A stretch of DNA of 42,639 nucleotides from Ilumatobacteraceae bacterium (GTDB lineage: Bacteria; Actinomycetota; Acidimicrobiia; Acidimicrobiales; Ilumatobacteraceae). The stretch's first letter is position 1, and every line of letters starts with the position of its first letter. The stretch is taken from the NCBI GenBank assembly GCA_036736065.1, contig DAINND010000001.1, forward strand, positions 16,676 through 59,314, written 5' to 3'. The position numbers and the translations under genes are program-made. The notes beneath the pieces were generated by a model. It was given only the letters and a program-made list of their open reading frames with translations, made no database searches and had not been told where the DNA came from. Shown here piece after piece: positions 8,538-16,946 of the stretch.

Positions 8538-8921
8538 ATGGACCCGACCACCACCCCCCTCGACATCCAGATCGACCGCGACGAGGCTGTCCGCGGCTGG
8601 TTCGAGCACGGCTCCTAGTGCGCCTTCACCGGCGACGGGCTGCGTGCCGCGTGCCCCTGCGCCGGGTGCCGCGGGATGCGCGAGCGCGGGCAGCAGGCCT
8701 GGCCACGGAGCGGCTCCGAGGCCCGGATCGCCGTGCGCCACGCCGAGTTGAACGGCGCGTGGGGGCTGTCGATCGACTGGAGCGACGGCCACAGCACCGG
8801 CATCTACGCCTGGGAGGCGCTGCGCCGTTGGTGGGACCGTGGGCTGAGCGGTGGGCTCACACTGGAGCCGGTGCCCGAGCCTGGCGCGGGCGCCGGGCCG
8901 GCCGGGCACGAGCATCGGTAG
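8538..8921 (+). pseudogene. DUF971-family gene interrupted by an in-frame TAG (8616-8618)
   Basis: ATG 8538 gives ...VRGWFEHGS-TAG-CAFTGDGLRAACPCAGCRGMRERGQQAWP...AWGLSIDWSDGHSTGIYAWEALRRWW. Both halves of the DUF971 pattern (LRxxCPCAxC and W.DGH.TGIY) are in one frame, split only by the amber codon. Confidence 0.6.
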
Positions 8922-8924
8922 CCT
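8919..8924 (+). promoter_or_regulatory. -10 box (TAGCCT) for the leaderless rhomboid gene
   Basis: Reads TAGCCT-gcacac-ATG(8931). The TAG is also the DUF971 stop codon. Confidence 0.35.
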
Positions 8925-8930
8925 GCACAC

Positions 8931-9836
8931 ATGTCGCTGCCGCCGCCGCCGCCGCCGCCGCTGCCCCCGCAGACGCCGCCGTCGCCAGCTGCGCCGACGC
9001 TGCCGACGTGCTATCGCCACCCTGGGCGCGAAGCCGGCCGGAGCTGCACCCGGTGCGGCCGCGCGGCATGCAGTGAGTGCCTGGTGCAAGCCGCCGTGGG
9101 CTCGCACTGCCTCGACTGCGCACGAGCCTCCCGACCGGACACGAGCTTCAAGGCGAAGTCGTGGAACGCACGGCAGCACACCCTGGTCACCAACGTGCTC
9201 ATCGGCGCCAACCTGGCCGTGTTCATCCTGATCAGCCTGGCCGACCCCGGCTCGCTCTCCGGGCGCGGGGGCATCAGCCGCCTGCAGTTCGAGCTCGGCC
9301 TCAACAAGCTGCTGCTGGCCGAGACCAACGAGTGGTACCGGCTCGTCACGAGCGGCTTCATCCACTTCGGCGTGCTGCACATCGCGTTCAACATGCTGCT
9401 GCTGTTCCAACTCGGCCAACTGCTCGAGCGCTCGCTCGGCCGGACGCGCTTCGCCCTGCTCTACGGCGCGAGCCTGCTCGCCGGCGCGTTCGGCGTGCTG
9501 CTGCTGACCGGCAACCGTCTGGCGATCACCGGCGGTGCATCGGGCGCGGTGTTCGGGCTCATGGCCGCCGCGGCGATCGGCCTGCATCGCCAAGGCATCA
9601 ACATCTTCAGCACCGGCCTCGGCACGACGCTGGTGCTCAACCTGGTGCTCACCTTCGCCATCCCCGGCATCTCGATCGGCGGCCATCTCGGTGGGGCGGT
9701 CGGCGGTGCGATCTGCGGGTGGTTCATGCTCACGCCGCGCTGGAAGCCGACCCCACCGAAGGTGGCCGTGGTCGCCCCGGCCCTGGTCGCGCTCGTGTCG
9801 GTCATCGGTTCGGTGATCGTCGTCGCGCTGGTCTGA
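8931..9836 (+). CDS. Rhomboid-family intramembrane serine protease with an N-terminal Pro-rich tail and Cys-rich zinc ribbon
   Basis: The Cys-rich segment is CYRHPGREAGRSCTRCGRAACSECLV...SHCLDC. The rhomboid core has WYRLVTSGFIHFGVLHIAFNM, the catalytic GASGAVFGLM, and HLGGAVGG. Confidence 0.88.
   Translation: MSLPPPPPPPLPPQTPPSPAAPTLPTCYRHPGREAGRSCTRCGRAACSECLVQAAVGSHCLDCARASRPDTSFKAKSWNARQHTLVTNVLIGANLAVFILISLADPGSLSGRGGISRLQFELGLNKLLLAETNEWYRLVTSGFIHFGVLHIAFNMLLLFQLGQLLERSLGRTRFALLYGASLLAGAFGVLLLTGNRLAITGGASGAVFGLMAAAAIGLHRQGINIFSTGLGTTLVLNLVLTFAIPGISIGGHLGGAVGGAICGWFMLTPRWKPTPPKVAVVAPALVALVSVIGSVIVVALV
8940..8960 (+). repeat. (CCG)7 trinucleotide repeat encoding poly-Pro
   Basis: Seven consecutive in-frame CCG codons were counted directly in the rhomboid N-terminus. 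Confidence 0.9.
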
Positions 9837-9869
9837 CCGCGTGCCGCCTCGGCGGGGGCGGTCAGACCG
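9829..9869. terminator. GC-rich hairpin between convergent genes (candidate bidirectional terminator)
   Basis: GGTCTGACCGC (9830-9840) pairs perfectly with GCGGTCAGACC (9858-9868). An inner GC-rich stem CCGCC/GGCGG is also present. Both stop codons (TGA 9834-9836 and the complement of 9862-9864) lie in the stem. There is no T-tract. Confidence 0.5.
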
Positions 9870-11802
9870 AGGAGATCTCGACTCGGGTGTCGTTGAAGCA
9901 GGCGCCACCCGCGAGCGTGTCCGACGCAGCGCTGGTGAGCGCGTTGACGCTCCAGGGCGTGGCGTGGTCGCGCAGCCACGTTCCCTTGGGCATCACGACG
10001 ACCCCGGGCCGCACATCGCTCGACACCGCCAGGCGGGCACGCACCTCACCGCGCTCGTTGTGCACCCGGACCGTCGTCCCGTCGGCGAGACCCCGCGCGG
10101 TGGTGTCGGCAGGGTGAGCCACCACGGTGGGCTCCGGGCCCTGGAACTCGCCGAACATCGAGTTGATCGTCTTCGAGGTGGCCGGGCTGATGAGTGCGAG
10201 CGGGAAGGACGACTCGATCGGCCGGTAGGTGGGCGGTCCGGCGACGGGGTCGGCCAGGCGGGCCCGGCCACCGGACGGCACGACGTCGACGAACTGCAGC
10301 GCGGAGTTGTCGACGAGACGGGGCCCGGCACCTCCGGGGGCAGCCACCTCGAGCCCGGCCGCGCCGGACGGCATCTCCGCGACAGCACCGATGCCGAGCC
10401 GCGCCGCCAGCGCCCGGCCGAGCTCGTCGTTCGAACGGCTCTCGCCGACGCGCTCGATGACCGGCCGCACCGGCACCACGACGGTCGCGCCATAGCTCGT
10501 GACGACGTCGTCGACCTCGAACGACGTGGTGGCGGGTAGGACCAGGTCGGCGTAGCGCGCCGTGTCGGTGACGACCTGCTCGTGGACCACGGTGAACACA
10601 TCGTCTCGCGAGAAGGCCGCGATCACCGCGCGCTGATCCGGGCACATGAGCACCGGGTTGGCTCCCTGCACGAGAAGCACCCGGCACGGGTCGTCGGCCC
10701 CCGGTGCCAGCCACGAGCCCACCTCGTGCAGGCGCACCCGGCGTCGCGCCGCGCCGTCGACGACCGGCCAGCGCCGCTCCGGGTCGACATCGTCGACCCG
10801 GGTGGAGCCGATGATGCCGTCGCCACGCCGGCCGAACCGACCGAGCAGCACCGGCAGGGCCAGGATCGCCCGACAGGCGGCGCCACCGTTCGAGTTGCGT
10901 TCCTGGCCCCAGCCGATGCGCAGCATCGCCGGCGCGGACGTGGCCCACCAGTCCGCCAGGGCGACGATGTCGCCGGCCTCGAGGCCGCACGTGTCGGCGG
11001 CTCGTTCGGGCGTCCACGGCCGAGCCGCTTCGAGCAGCTCATCGGCTCCGTCGGCCCAGCGCGCCACGAAGTCGCGATCGATCCGCCCGGTCTGCTCCCA
11101 CTGCGCCGCGAGGGCCAGGGCCAGCACGACATCGGTGCCGGGCCGCACCGCGAGGTGGAGGTCGCTGCGCACCGCCATCGCCGTGCGCCGCGGATCCACC
11201 ACCACGAGCCGCGCCCCTCGCTCGGTCGCCTGGCGGACCAGTGGCGGGAAGTGCGTGTTCGACACCGTCGGGTTGGCGCCCCACACCACCACGAGGTCAC
11301 TGTGCACCACATCGGCCGGATCGGCCGACGGGAGGTCGCCGAGCACGCTCGTCCACGCCGCATCTGCCGTCGCCGCGCAGATGCTCGGCTCCACGTACGT
11401 GGCACCGAGCGCCGCCAACAGCGCGTCGGTCGCGCTGGCCCGCTCGATGGCCGGCGCGGACGAGTTGTAGGTGAAGCCGACGACAGCATCTGGGCCGCCG
11501 GCCGAGATCGCATCACGGATGCGTTCGGCGAGCAGATCGAGCGCTGCGTCCCACGAGATCGGCTCGAACCGGCCTTCCCCCTTGGGGCCGGTGCGGCGCA
11601 GTGGCGTGAGCACCCGGTCCGGCGAGTAGACACGTTCGGCGTGGCGCTTCACCTTGGCGCAGATCCAGCCCTGCGTGAGGGGGTTGCCGACTCCTGCGTC
11701 GATGTCGATGATCCGGCCGTCGGCGCCGGTGACGGCCAAGGTGCAGGCATCGGGGCAGTCGAGTGAGCAGGCCGTCGTGAGCACCTCGGTCGTCATGGCC
11801 AT
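9862..11802 (-). CDS. Molybdopterin (bis-MGD) oxidoreductase family protein, cytoplasmic type
   Basis: The N-terminal Fe-S motif is ACSLDCPDACTL...GWICAKV. MopB-type core and C-terminal barrel segments follow (VVWGANP, TSFE, ISPATSKTINS, VHNERGEV). No Tat signal is present. Confidence 0.85.
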   Translation of the reverse strand: MAMTTEVLTTACSLDCPDACTLAVTGADGRIIDIDAGVGNPLTQGWICAKVKRHAERVYSPDRVLTPLRRTGPKGEGRFEPISWDAALDLLAERIRDAISAGGPDAVVGFTYNSSAPAIERASATDALLAALGATYVEPSICAATADAAWTSVLGDLPSADPADVVHSDLVVVWGANPTVSNTHFPPLVRQATERGARLVVVDPRRTAMAVRSDLHLAVRPGTDVVLALALAAQWEQTGRIDRDFVARWADGADELLEAARPWTPERAADTCGLEAGDIVALADWWATSAPAMLRIGWGQERNSNGGAACRAILALPVLLGRFGRRGDGIIGSTRVDDVDPERRWPVVDGAARRRVRLHEVGSWLAPGADDPCRVLLVQGANPVLMCPDQRAVIAAFSRDDVFTVVHEQVVTDTARYADLVLPATTSFEVDDVVTSYGATVVVPVRPVIERVGESRSNDELGRALAARLGIGAVAEMPSGAAGLEVAAPGGAGPRLVDNSALQFVDVVPSGGRARLADPVAGPPTYRPIESSFPLALISPATSKTINSMFGEFQGPEPTVVAHPADTTARGLADGTTVRVHNERGEVRARLAVSSDVRPGVVVMPKGTWLRDHATPWSVNALTSAASDTLAGGACFNDTRVEISSV

Positions 11803-11811
11803 GCGCGGTGT

Positions 11812-13599
11812 CTAGCCGACCGGCGCCGACGGGGCAACCATCGCTCCCCACAGCATGTGGCCGAGCCCGCTCGCGCGCAGCGTGCGCCGAGCCACCACCT
11901 CGTCGAGCGACTCGGCGGCGCCGACCAGGCTCACACGATGGCGGGCGCGTGTGACAGCGGTGTAGAGCAGCTCACGCGACGCGAGCCGCGACCCCACCGG
12001 GGGAAGGACCACCACCACCTCGTCGAACTCCGAGCCCTGGCTCTTGTGGATCGTCATGGCGTGCACGGTCTCGATGGCCTCGAGCCGGGCGGGAGCCACC
12101 AGCCGCGCCCCGTCGACGGACGGGAAGGCCACCATCGTTCGCCCGTCGACCCGGACGACCACGCCGATGTCGCCGTTGAACAGCCCGAGGCGGTAGTCGT
12201 TGGCGGTCACCATGACCGGTCGCCCCGGGTACCACCCCCTGGCCGGATGGCCGGCGCGGACCAGCCACGACTCGATCCGCTCGTTCCAGCCGGACACGCC
12301 CATCGACCCGACCCGATGGGCGCACAGCACCCGCACCCGGTCGCTGCTCGCCAGCGCCTCGTCGACGGCACCGGCTGCCGCGAGCGAGGCGACCTCGACG
12401 ACCACCGGTTCGACCCGAGCGCGCACGGCGGCGATCGCCTCCTCGGTGTCGGGATGCCAGTCGAGGGTCGTCGACGGACCGGACGGATCGGCGAGGGAGG
12501 CCTCGCCGAGCACGGCGCGAGCGCCCATGGCATCGCCACTGCCGATCGCCCGGGCGAAGCGGTCGATGGTCGACCCCGGCGGGAACCGCCTGCTGTGGGT
12601 GAGCACCGAGATGCAGTCGGCCAACGCGCGTCGCCGGGGCGCGGCCACCGGATCGAACGTGCCGCCCACCACAGGACCGACGATGTCGGCGAGCACCGAC
12701 CCGGCATCGACACTGGCCAACTGCCCCGGGTCACCGACCACGACCAACCGGGCGTCCGGCGCGAGCGCACCGACGAGCTTGGTCATCAACGGCAGCGAGA
12801 CCATCGATGCCTCGTCGACGATGACCACGTCGTAGGGCAACGGGCGGTCCGGCCCGTGTCGGAAGCGGCTCGCCGAGTCACCGACGACGCCGAGCAGGCG
12901 GTGGATCGTCGATGGCGGGGGCGACCCGAGGCGCTCGGCGAGCTCGGCCGGAAGCCGGGACGCGGCGGCGCGGAAGGCCTCACCGAGGCGTGCCGCGGCC
13001 TTTCCGGTGGGTGCGGCCAGGGCGATGCGCAACGGGCCGAACGACTGCGCCAGGGTCGCCACCAGCGCGGCAACCGTGGTGGTCTTGCCGGTGCCCGGCC
13101 CTCCGGCGAGCACGGTGAGGCCATGGCCGAGAGCCCGCTGCACCGCGGCCCGCTGCTGCTCCGACCCGGCACCGTCGAGCAGCGTGTCGAGCAGGCCGAG
13201 GTCGGCCTCGATCGTCGCCGCCGGCGCCTCGGCCAGCGCGCCGAGGCGCTCGGCAAGGTCGACCTCGTAGCTGTGGTAGCGCTCGAGGGCGAGCTGTGTG
13301 CCGCGCAGCACCAGGGGCGCTGCAGGGCCGGTCACGAGCGGGCTTCCGGCCAGCAGGTCCAACCAGCCCTCGGCCGGAGGCAGGTCGAGTGCGGCGTCGG
13401 GTGGCAGATCCGGGCTGATGGCGAGATCGATGCACGAGTCGCCGAGGCGCGGGGCGCGTGCGGCCAGCGCAGCGGCCAGCACCACCTCGGGCCGCTCATC
13501 GCCGCACAACCTGGCCAGGGTGGTCGCGATCTGGACGTCGGAGGCCTCGAGCACGCCTGCGGCGCGCCAGGCCGCGACCAGGGAGGGCACTGCGGTCAC
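11812..13599 (-). CDS. recD: Exodeoxyribonuclease V alpha subunit RecD
   Basis: Motifs present are GGPGTGKTT, VIVDEASMV, VVGDPGQL, AMTIHKSQGSEF and YTAVTRAR. GTG 13599 overlaps the recB stop (GTGA). The 816 aa track ORF is an upstream extension into recB. Confidence 0.9.
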   Translation of the reverse strand: MTAVPSLVAAWRAAGVLEASDVQIATTLARLCGDERPEVVLAAALAARAPRLGDSCIDLAISPDLPPDAALDLPPAEGWLDLLAGSPLVTGPAAPLVLRGTQLALERYHSYEVDLAERLGALAEAPAATIEADLGLLDTLLDGAGSEQQRAAVQRALGHGLTVLAGGPGTGKTTTVAALVATLAQSFGPLRIALAAPTGKAAARLGEAFRAAASRLPAELAERLGSPPPSTIHRLLGVVGDSASRFRHGPDRPLPYDVVIVDEASMVSLPLMTKLVGALAPDARLVVVGDPGQLASVDAGSVLADIVGPVVGGTFDPVAAPRRRALADCISVLTHSRRFPPGSTIDRFARAIGSGDAMGARAVLGEASLADPSGPSTTLDWHPDTEEAIAAVRARVEPVVVEVASLAAAGAVDEALASSDRVRVLCAHRVGSMGVSGWNERIESWLVRAGHPARGWYPGRPVMVTANDYRLGLFNGDIGVVVRVDGRTMVAFPSVDGARLVAPARLEAIETVHAMTIHKSQGSEFDEVVVVLPPVGSRLASRELLYTAVTRARHRVSLVGAAESLDEVVARRTLRASGLGHMLWGAMVAPSAPVG

Positions 13600-16500
13600 C
13601 GCGCCACCCCCGACGCGAACAACCGGTCGAGGGCGACGACGGCGCTCGCCGGTGGCCGCCACCAGAACACCCCTGGCGCCTGCACGGAGGAGGCCGACGG
13701 CGGCGACGGCACCATGCCGCGCACGAAGAGGTAGGCGGCACCGAGCAGATGCCGATCCGGCTCGTAGGCAGGCAGCCGCCACCGCAGGAAGCGGTGCAGC
13801 GCCACCAGGTAGAGCGCAGCCTGCAGCGGGTAGTCGTGGTGCTCCATGGCGACGACCAGATCGGCAGGGCCGTAGGCGCTGTCGCGGCCGAGCTGGTTCG
13901 TCTTGTAGTCGGCCACCCAGAACCCACGGCCGTCGGCAGTGCGCGCCACCAGGTCGATGGAGCCGGTGAGCATCCCTTCGAGGTCGACCTGCGCCTGTCC
14001 GCCAGCGAGCGCACGAGCCCACCCGAGGAGGGGGTCGTCGGCGGGCAGGTGGTCGACGAGCACAGCGCCGATGTCCGACGAGGTGAGCCTGCCGAGGGGC
14101 AGGTCGAAGACCAGTTCGTTGAGTCGCTGCGCCGGCGCCAGGTCGGCCAGGCGCGTCGCCCCGAGCGGACCGCCGAGCGGCGCAGCGACCGCAGCAGCGA
14201 GCCCAGCCGCGAGCTCGTCGGCACCGATGCGCAGGGAACGGTGCCGCAGCGCGAGCGCGCACCGCTCGGCGAGGGCGTCGACCAGCGTCGCGCTGGTGAA
14301 GTCGACCTCCTCGAGCACCTGGTGGACGAGGGTTCCGAACTCGGTGCCGCCCGGCGCCGTGGCGAGCGGACCCGGCACCGTGGTGATGGGCGCCTCGTCG
14401 ACCTCTGCCGCATCGCCGAACGCCACGGGCTCATCGGCTCCACCCACGACCGGTCGGTCGTGCTCGAGGCCCTCCGACGCCGCCTTGATCGCGCTGAACG
14501 ACCAGATCCGCCAGGCCGGATCGAGCACACGATCCGTCGATGCCACCTCGAGCGGGGCGGCACTCACCCCACCGGTGCGGCGGACACGCATCGCAGGAGC
14601 GACCTCGCTCACTGCGACGGCACCCGACGCCCGATCGGCGATCGGCCGCAGGTCGGCGAGCTCCGTCGGCCGATGCCCGATGCCGGCAGCGGCGCCGAGG
14701 ATGTCACCCAGCACCGACGTGTGCCGATCGAGCAGCGGAGCCCACCACACGATGCAGCTGTGCCGGGCGCGTGTGAGCGCGACGTAGGTGACGCGTCGCT
14801 GCTCGCCCTGCTTCTCGGCGGTGATGGCCGCCTGGAGCCCGGCGGCGCTCTTCGGCGACGCATCGGCCACCCACGCCGACGCGATCGTCCGTCGACCGTC
14901 GAGGTCGGCGTGCTCCACCTGCTTGGGCGGAGCGCCGGCCGACCAGAGGAACGGGCACAGCACGATGGGGAACTCGAGGCCCTTGGCGCGATGGACGGTG
15001 AGCACCTGCACGGCGTCGTCGTCACGATCGATCCGGCGGCTGGTCAGCGAGTCGGAGTCGTCGGAGTCACCGAAGGCGTGCGGCTCGTCGAGGACCCGGC
15101 GCAGCGCACCCGCCGGCGTCGGCCGCCCGCCTGTGGAGCCCTGCAGCAGCTCGGCGATGTGCTCGATATCGGTGAGGTCGCGCGCACCTCCGTGGCGGGC
15201 GAGCAGGCGGCGCTGGAGCCCGGCGGCCCTGGCCGCAGCGAGCAGGGCGGGGATGCCGCGGCTCGCGACGAGCGCGGCCCACGAACGGAAGCGCTCGTGC
15301 AGGTCGGCGACACCTGCGTCGTCGAGGGCGTCGAGATCGGCGAGGGTGAGGCCCCCGAACCACCCGACGGCGGCGCTGCGCACGGCCGACGACGACCCGG
15401 GGCGCTCGAGCGCCACGAGCAGACGGCGCCACTCGTCCCACGCCGGCGTCTCGGTGACGCTCGTGGCGCCCGACGACGCGGCCGCGATGCCGGCGGCCGC
15501 AAGTGCGGCGACCGACGCGCTCGCCTCGGCGTTGCTGCGCGTGAGCACGGCGATGTCACGCGGCCGCACCTCCGTCGAGGCGCCGTCGGAGCCCGTGATC
15601 CGCGCTCCACCGTCGAGCAGCCCGGCGATCGTGCGCACCACGTCGGCGATGATCGCCCGACGCGCCGTCGGGGCGGTGAGCGTGTCACCATGACGCGGCA
15701 CGATCCGCACCTCGACCGGCGCCGCCACGATCGAGCCCGCCGTCTCGAGGCGCCACTCCTCTCTGCCCGGAGCGGCCTCGACCGGCTGGAACTCGACGTC
15801 GTCGGACCCGAAGGTGACGCCGGCGAGGAGGGACTCGAGCCCGTGGAGCACCGGTGCGTCCGACCGCCAGTTGCGCTGCAGCGTCTGCACGGAGTCGGCA
15901 TGGGCGACAGCGTCCAGGTAGGCCTCGAGCTCGGCGCCGCGGAACCGGTAGATCGACTGCTTGGGATCGCCGACGAGCACCACCGCCGGCGCGTCCGGGC
16001 CACCGACGAAGACGTGCCGGAACAGGTCCCACTGCACGCGGTCGGTGTCCTGGAACTCGTCGATCAGCACGACCCGGTAACGCTGTCGCAACGCCGCGAC
16101 CAGACCGCTCGAGCCCGGTCGGAGGACGAGGTCGCGGGCGTCGACCACGATGCGGTCGATGCTGCGCCGCTTGGCGCGTGTGCGTCGGTCGGCGACCATT
16201 CCATGCGCACGTTCGACGAGGTCGGCCGCGGCCCTCGAGATGCGCACCTTGGCGCGCTCGGCGTCGACCGCTGTCCGAGCCGCGGCTCCTGCCGTCTCGG
16301 GCACGGGTGCAGGGTCGTCCGGGCGCCACATCACGGCGTCCGGCAGGCGAAGCCTCGCCCGGACCCCGCTCGCGAGCCGAGTCGGTGCCACGGCGTCGGT
16401 CAGCTCCAGACCGGGCGTACCGGGCACGACCTCGTCGCCACCGGGGCCGGCGCACGTCAACAGCAGGTCGTTCACGACCTCGTCGACATCGCTCGACGAG

Positions 16501-16946
16501 CGAGTGATCGGGCCGTCGGCCGCTGCATCACCACCCATCACGAGCACCCGACCGCAGAAGCCGTGGATCGTCGCGATCGTCGCCGCATCGAAGTCGTTGA
16601 TCGCCGCCCGGAGCCGCTCGACGCGCACCCGGCGCTCGGCAGGGTCGGCCCCTGCTGCCACTGCCCCGACGACGTCGTCGGCATCGTCGTCACCAGCCTC
16701 GAGCGCCGCCGCGACCTCGACGAGGCGCTGACGGACCCTGCCGCGCAGTTCGGCCGTCGCCGCCTCGGTGAAGCTGACGATGCACAGGGATGACACCGGG
16801 ACTCCGAGCTCGGCCACGTAGCGCACCGCCAGAGCGCTGAGCGCGTAGGTCTTGCCGGTGCCGGCGCTCGCCTCGAGCACGGTCAGGCCCTCCGGCAAGG
16901 CGCCGGTCAGATCGAAGGCTGCCCGCTCAATCATGTCGATCGACAT
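13596..16946 (-). CDS. recB: Exodeoxyribonuclease V beta subunit RecB (UvrD-type helicase plus PD-(D/E)xK nuclease)
   Basis: Motifs present are EASAGTGKTY, LIDEFQDTD, VHRAKGLEFP and YVALTRAR. The C-terminal nuclease motif is GSIDLV...WVADYKTN. The ORF is 1116 aa. Confidence 0.92.
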   Translation of the reverse strand: MSIDMIERAAFDLTGALPEGLTVLEASAGTGKTYALSALAVRYVAELGVPVSSLCIVSFTEAATAELRGRVRQRLVEVAAALEAGDDDADDVVGAVAAGADPAERRVRVERLRAAINDFDAATIATIHGFCGRVLVMGGDAAADGPITRSSSDVDEVVNDLLLTCAGPGGDEVVPGTPGLELTDAVAPTRLASGVRARLRLPDAVMWRPDDPAPVPETAGAAARTAVDAERAKVRISRAAADLVERAHGMVADRRTRAKRRSIDRIVVDARDLVLRPGSSGLVAALRQRYRVVLIDEFQDTDRVQWDLFRHVFVGGPDAPAVVLVGDPKQSIYRFRGAELEAYLDAVAHADSVQTLQRNWRSDAPVLHGLESLLAGVTFGSDDVEFQPVEAAPGREEWRLETAGSIVAAPVEVRIVPRHGDTLTAPTARRAIIADVVRTIAGLLDGGARITGSDGASTEVRPRDIAVLTRSNAEASASVAALAAAGIAAASSGATSVTETPAWDEWRRLLVALERPGSSSAVRSAAVGWFGGLTLADLDALDDAGVADLHERFRSWAALVASRGIPALLAAARAAGLQRRLLARHGGARDLTDIEHIAELLQGSTGGRPTPAGALRRVLDEPHAFGDSDDSDSLTSRRIDRDDDAVQVLTVHRAKGLEFPIVLCPFLWSAGAPPKQVEHADLDGRRTIASAWVADASPKSAAGLQAAITAEKQGEQRRVTYVALTRARHSCIVWWAPLLDRHTSVLGDILGAAAGIGHRPTELADLRPIADRASGAVAVSEVAPAMRVRRTGGVSAAPLEVASTDRVLDPAWRIWSFSAIKAASEGLEHDRPVVGGADEPVAFGDAAEVDEAPITTVPGPLATAPGGTEFGTLVHQVLEEVDFTSATLVDALAERCALALRHRSLRIGADELAAGLAAAVAAPLGGPLGATRLADLAPAQRLNELVFDLPLGRLTSSDIGAVLVDHLPADDPLLGWARALAGGQAQVDLEGMLTGSIDLVARTADGRGFWVADYKTNQLGRDSAYGPADLVVAMEHHDYPLQAALYLVALHRFLRWRLPAYEPDRHLLGAAYLFVRGMVPSPPSASSVQAPGVFWWRPPASAVVALDRLFASGVAR

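Noticed and set aside
8616-8618. The in-frame TAG in the DUF971 gene read as pyrrolysine.
   Set aside because: Pyl decoding is restricted to a few anaerobic lineages with pylTSBCD, and nothing in this window suggests it. A nonsense mutation or sequencing error is far more likely.
11812-14262. An 816 aa version of RecD extending 221 codons upstream into recB. There are similar N-terminal extensions of other track ORFs: 1903..3030, 4824..7028, 20172..20936, 20618..21889, 23117..24436, 26212..27843, 27411..29036 and 29315..31129.
   Set aside because: The extensions overlap the preceding genes and are Arg/Pro-rich. Internal start codons sit at stop-start overlaps (GTGA/ATGA), or behind SD or -10 elements, exactly where homology begins.
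13458-16793. A 1111 aa ORF on the plus strand, antisense to recB. Similar long antisense or alternative-frame ORFs include 36150..37904, 5475..7109, 8190..9908, 15854..16507 and 39044..40987.
   Set aside because: Their products are Arg/Pro/Gly/Ala-rich low-complexity strings with no motifs. The opposite strand or frame encodes proteins with unambiguous family signatures. Long stop-free antisense frames are expected in very GC-rich DNA.
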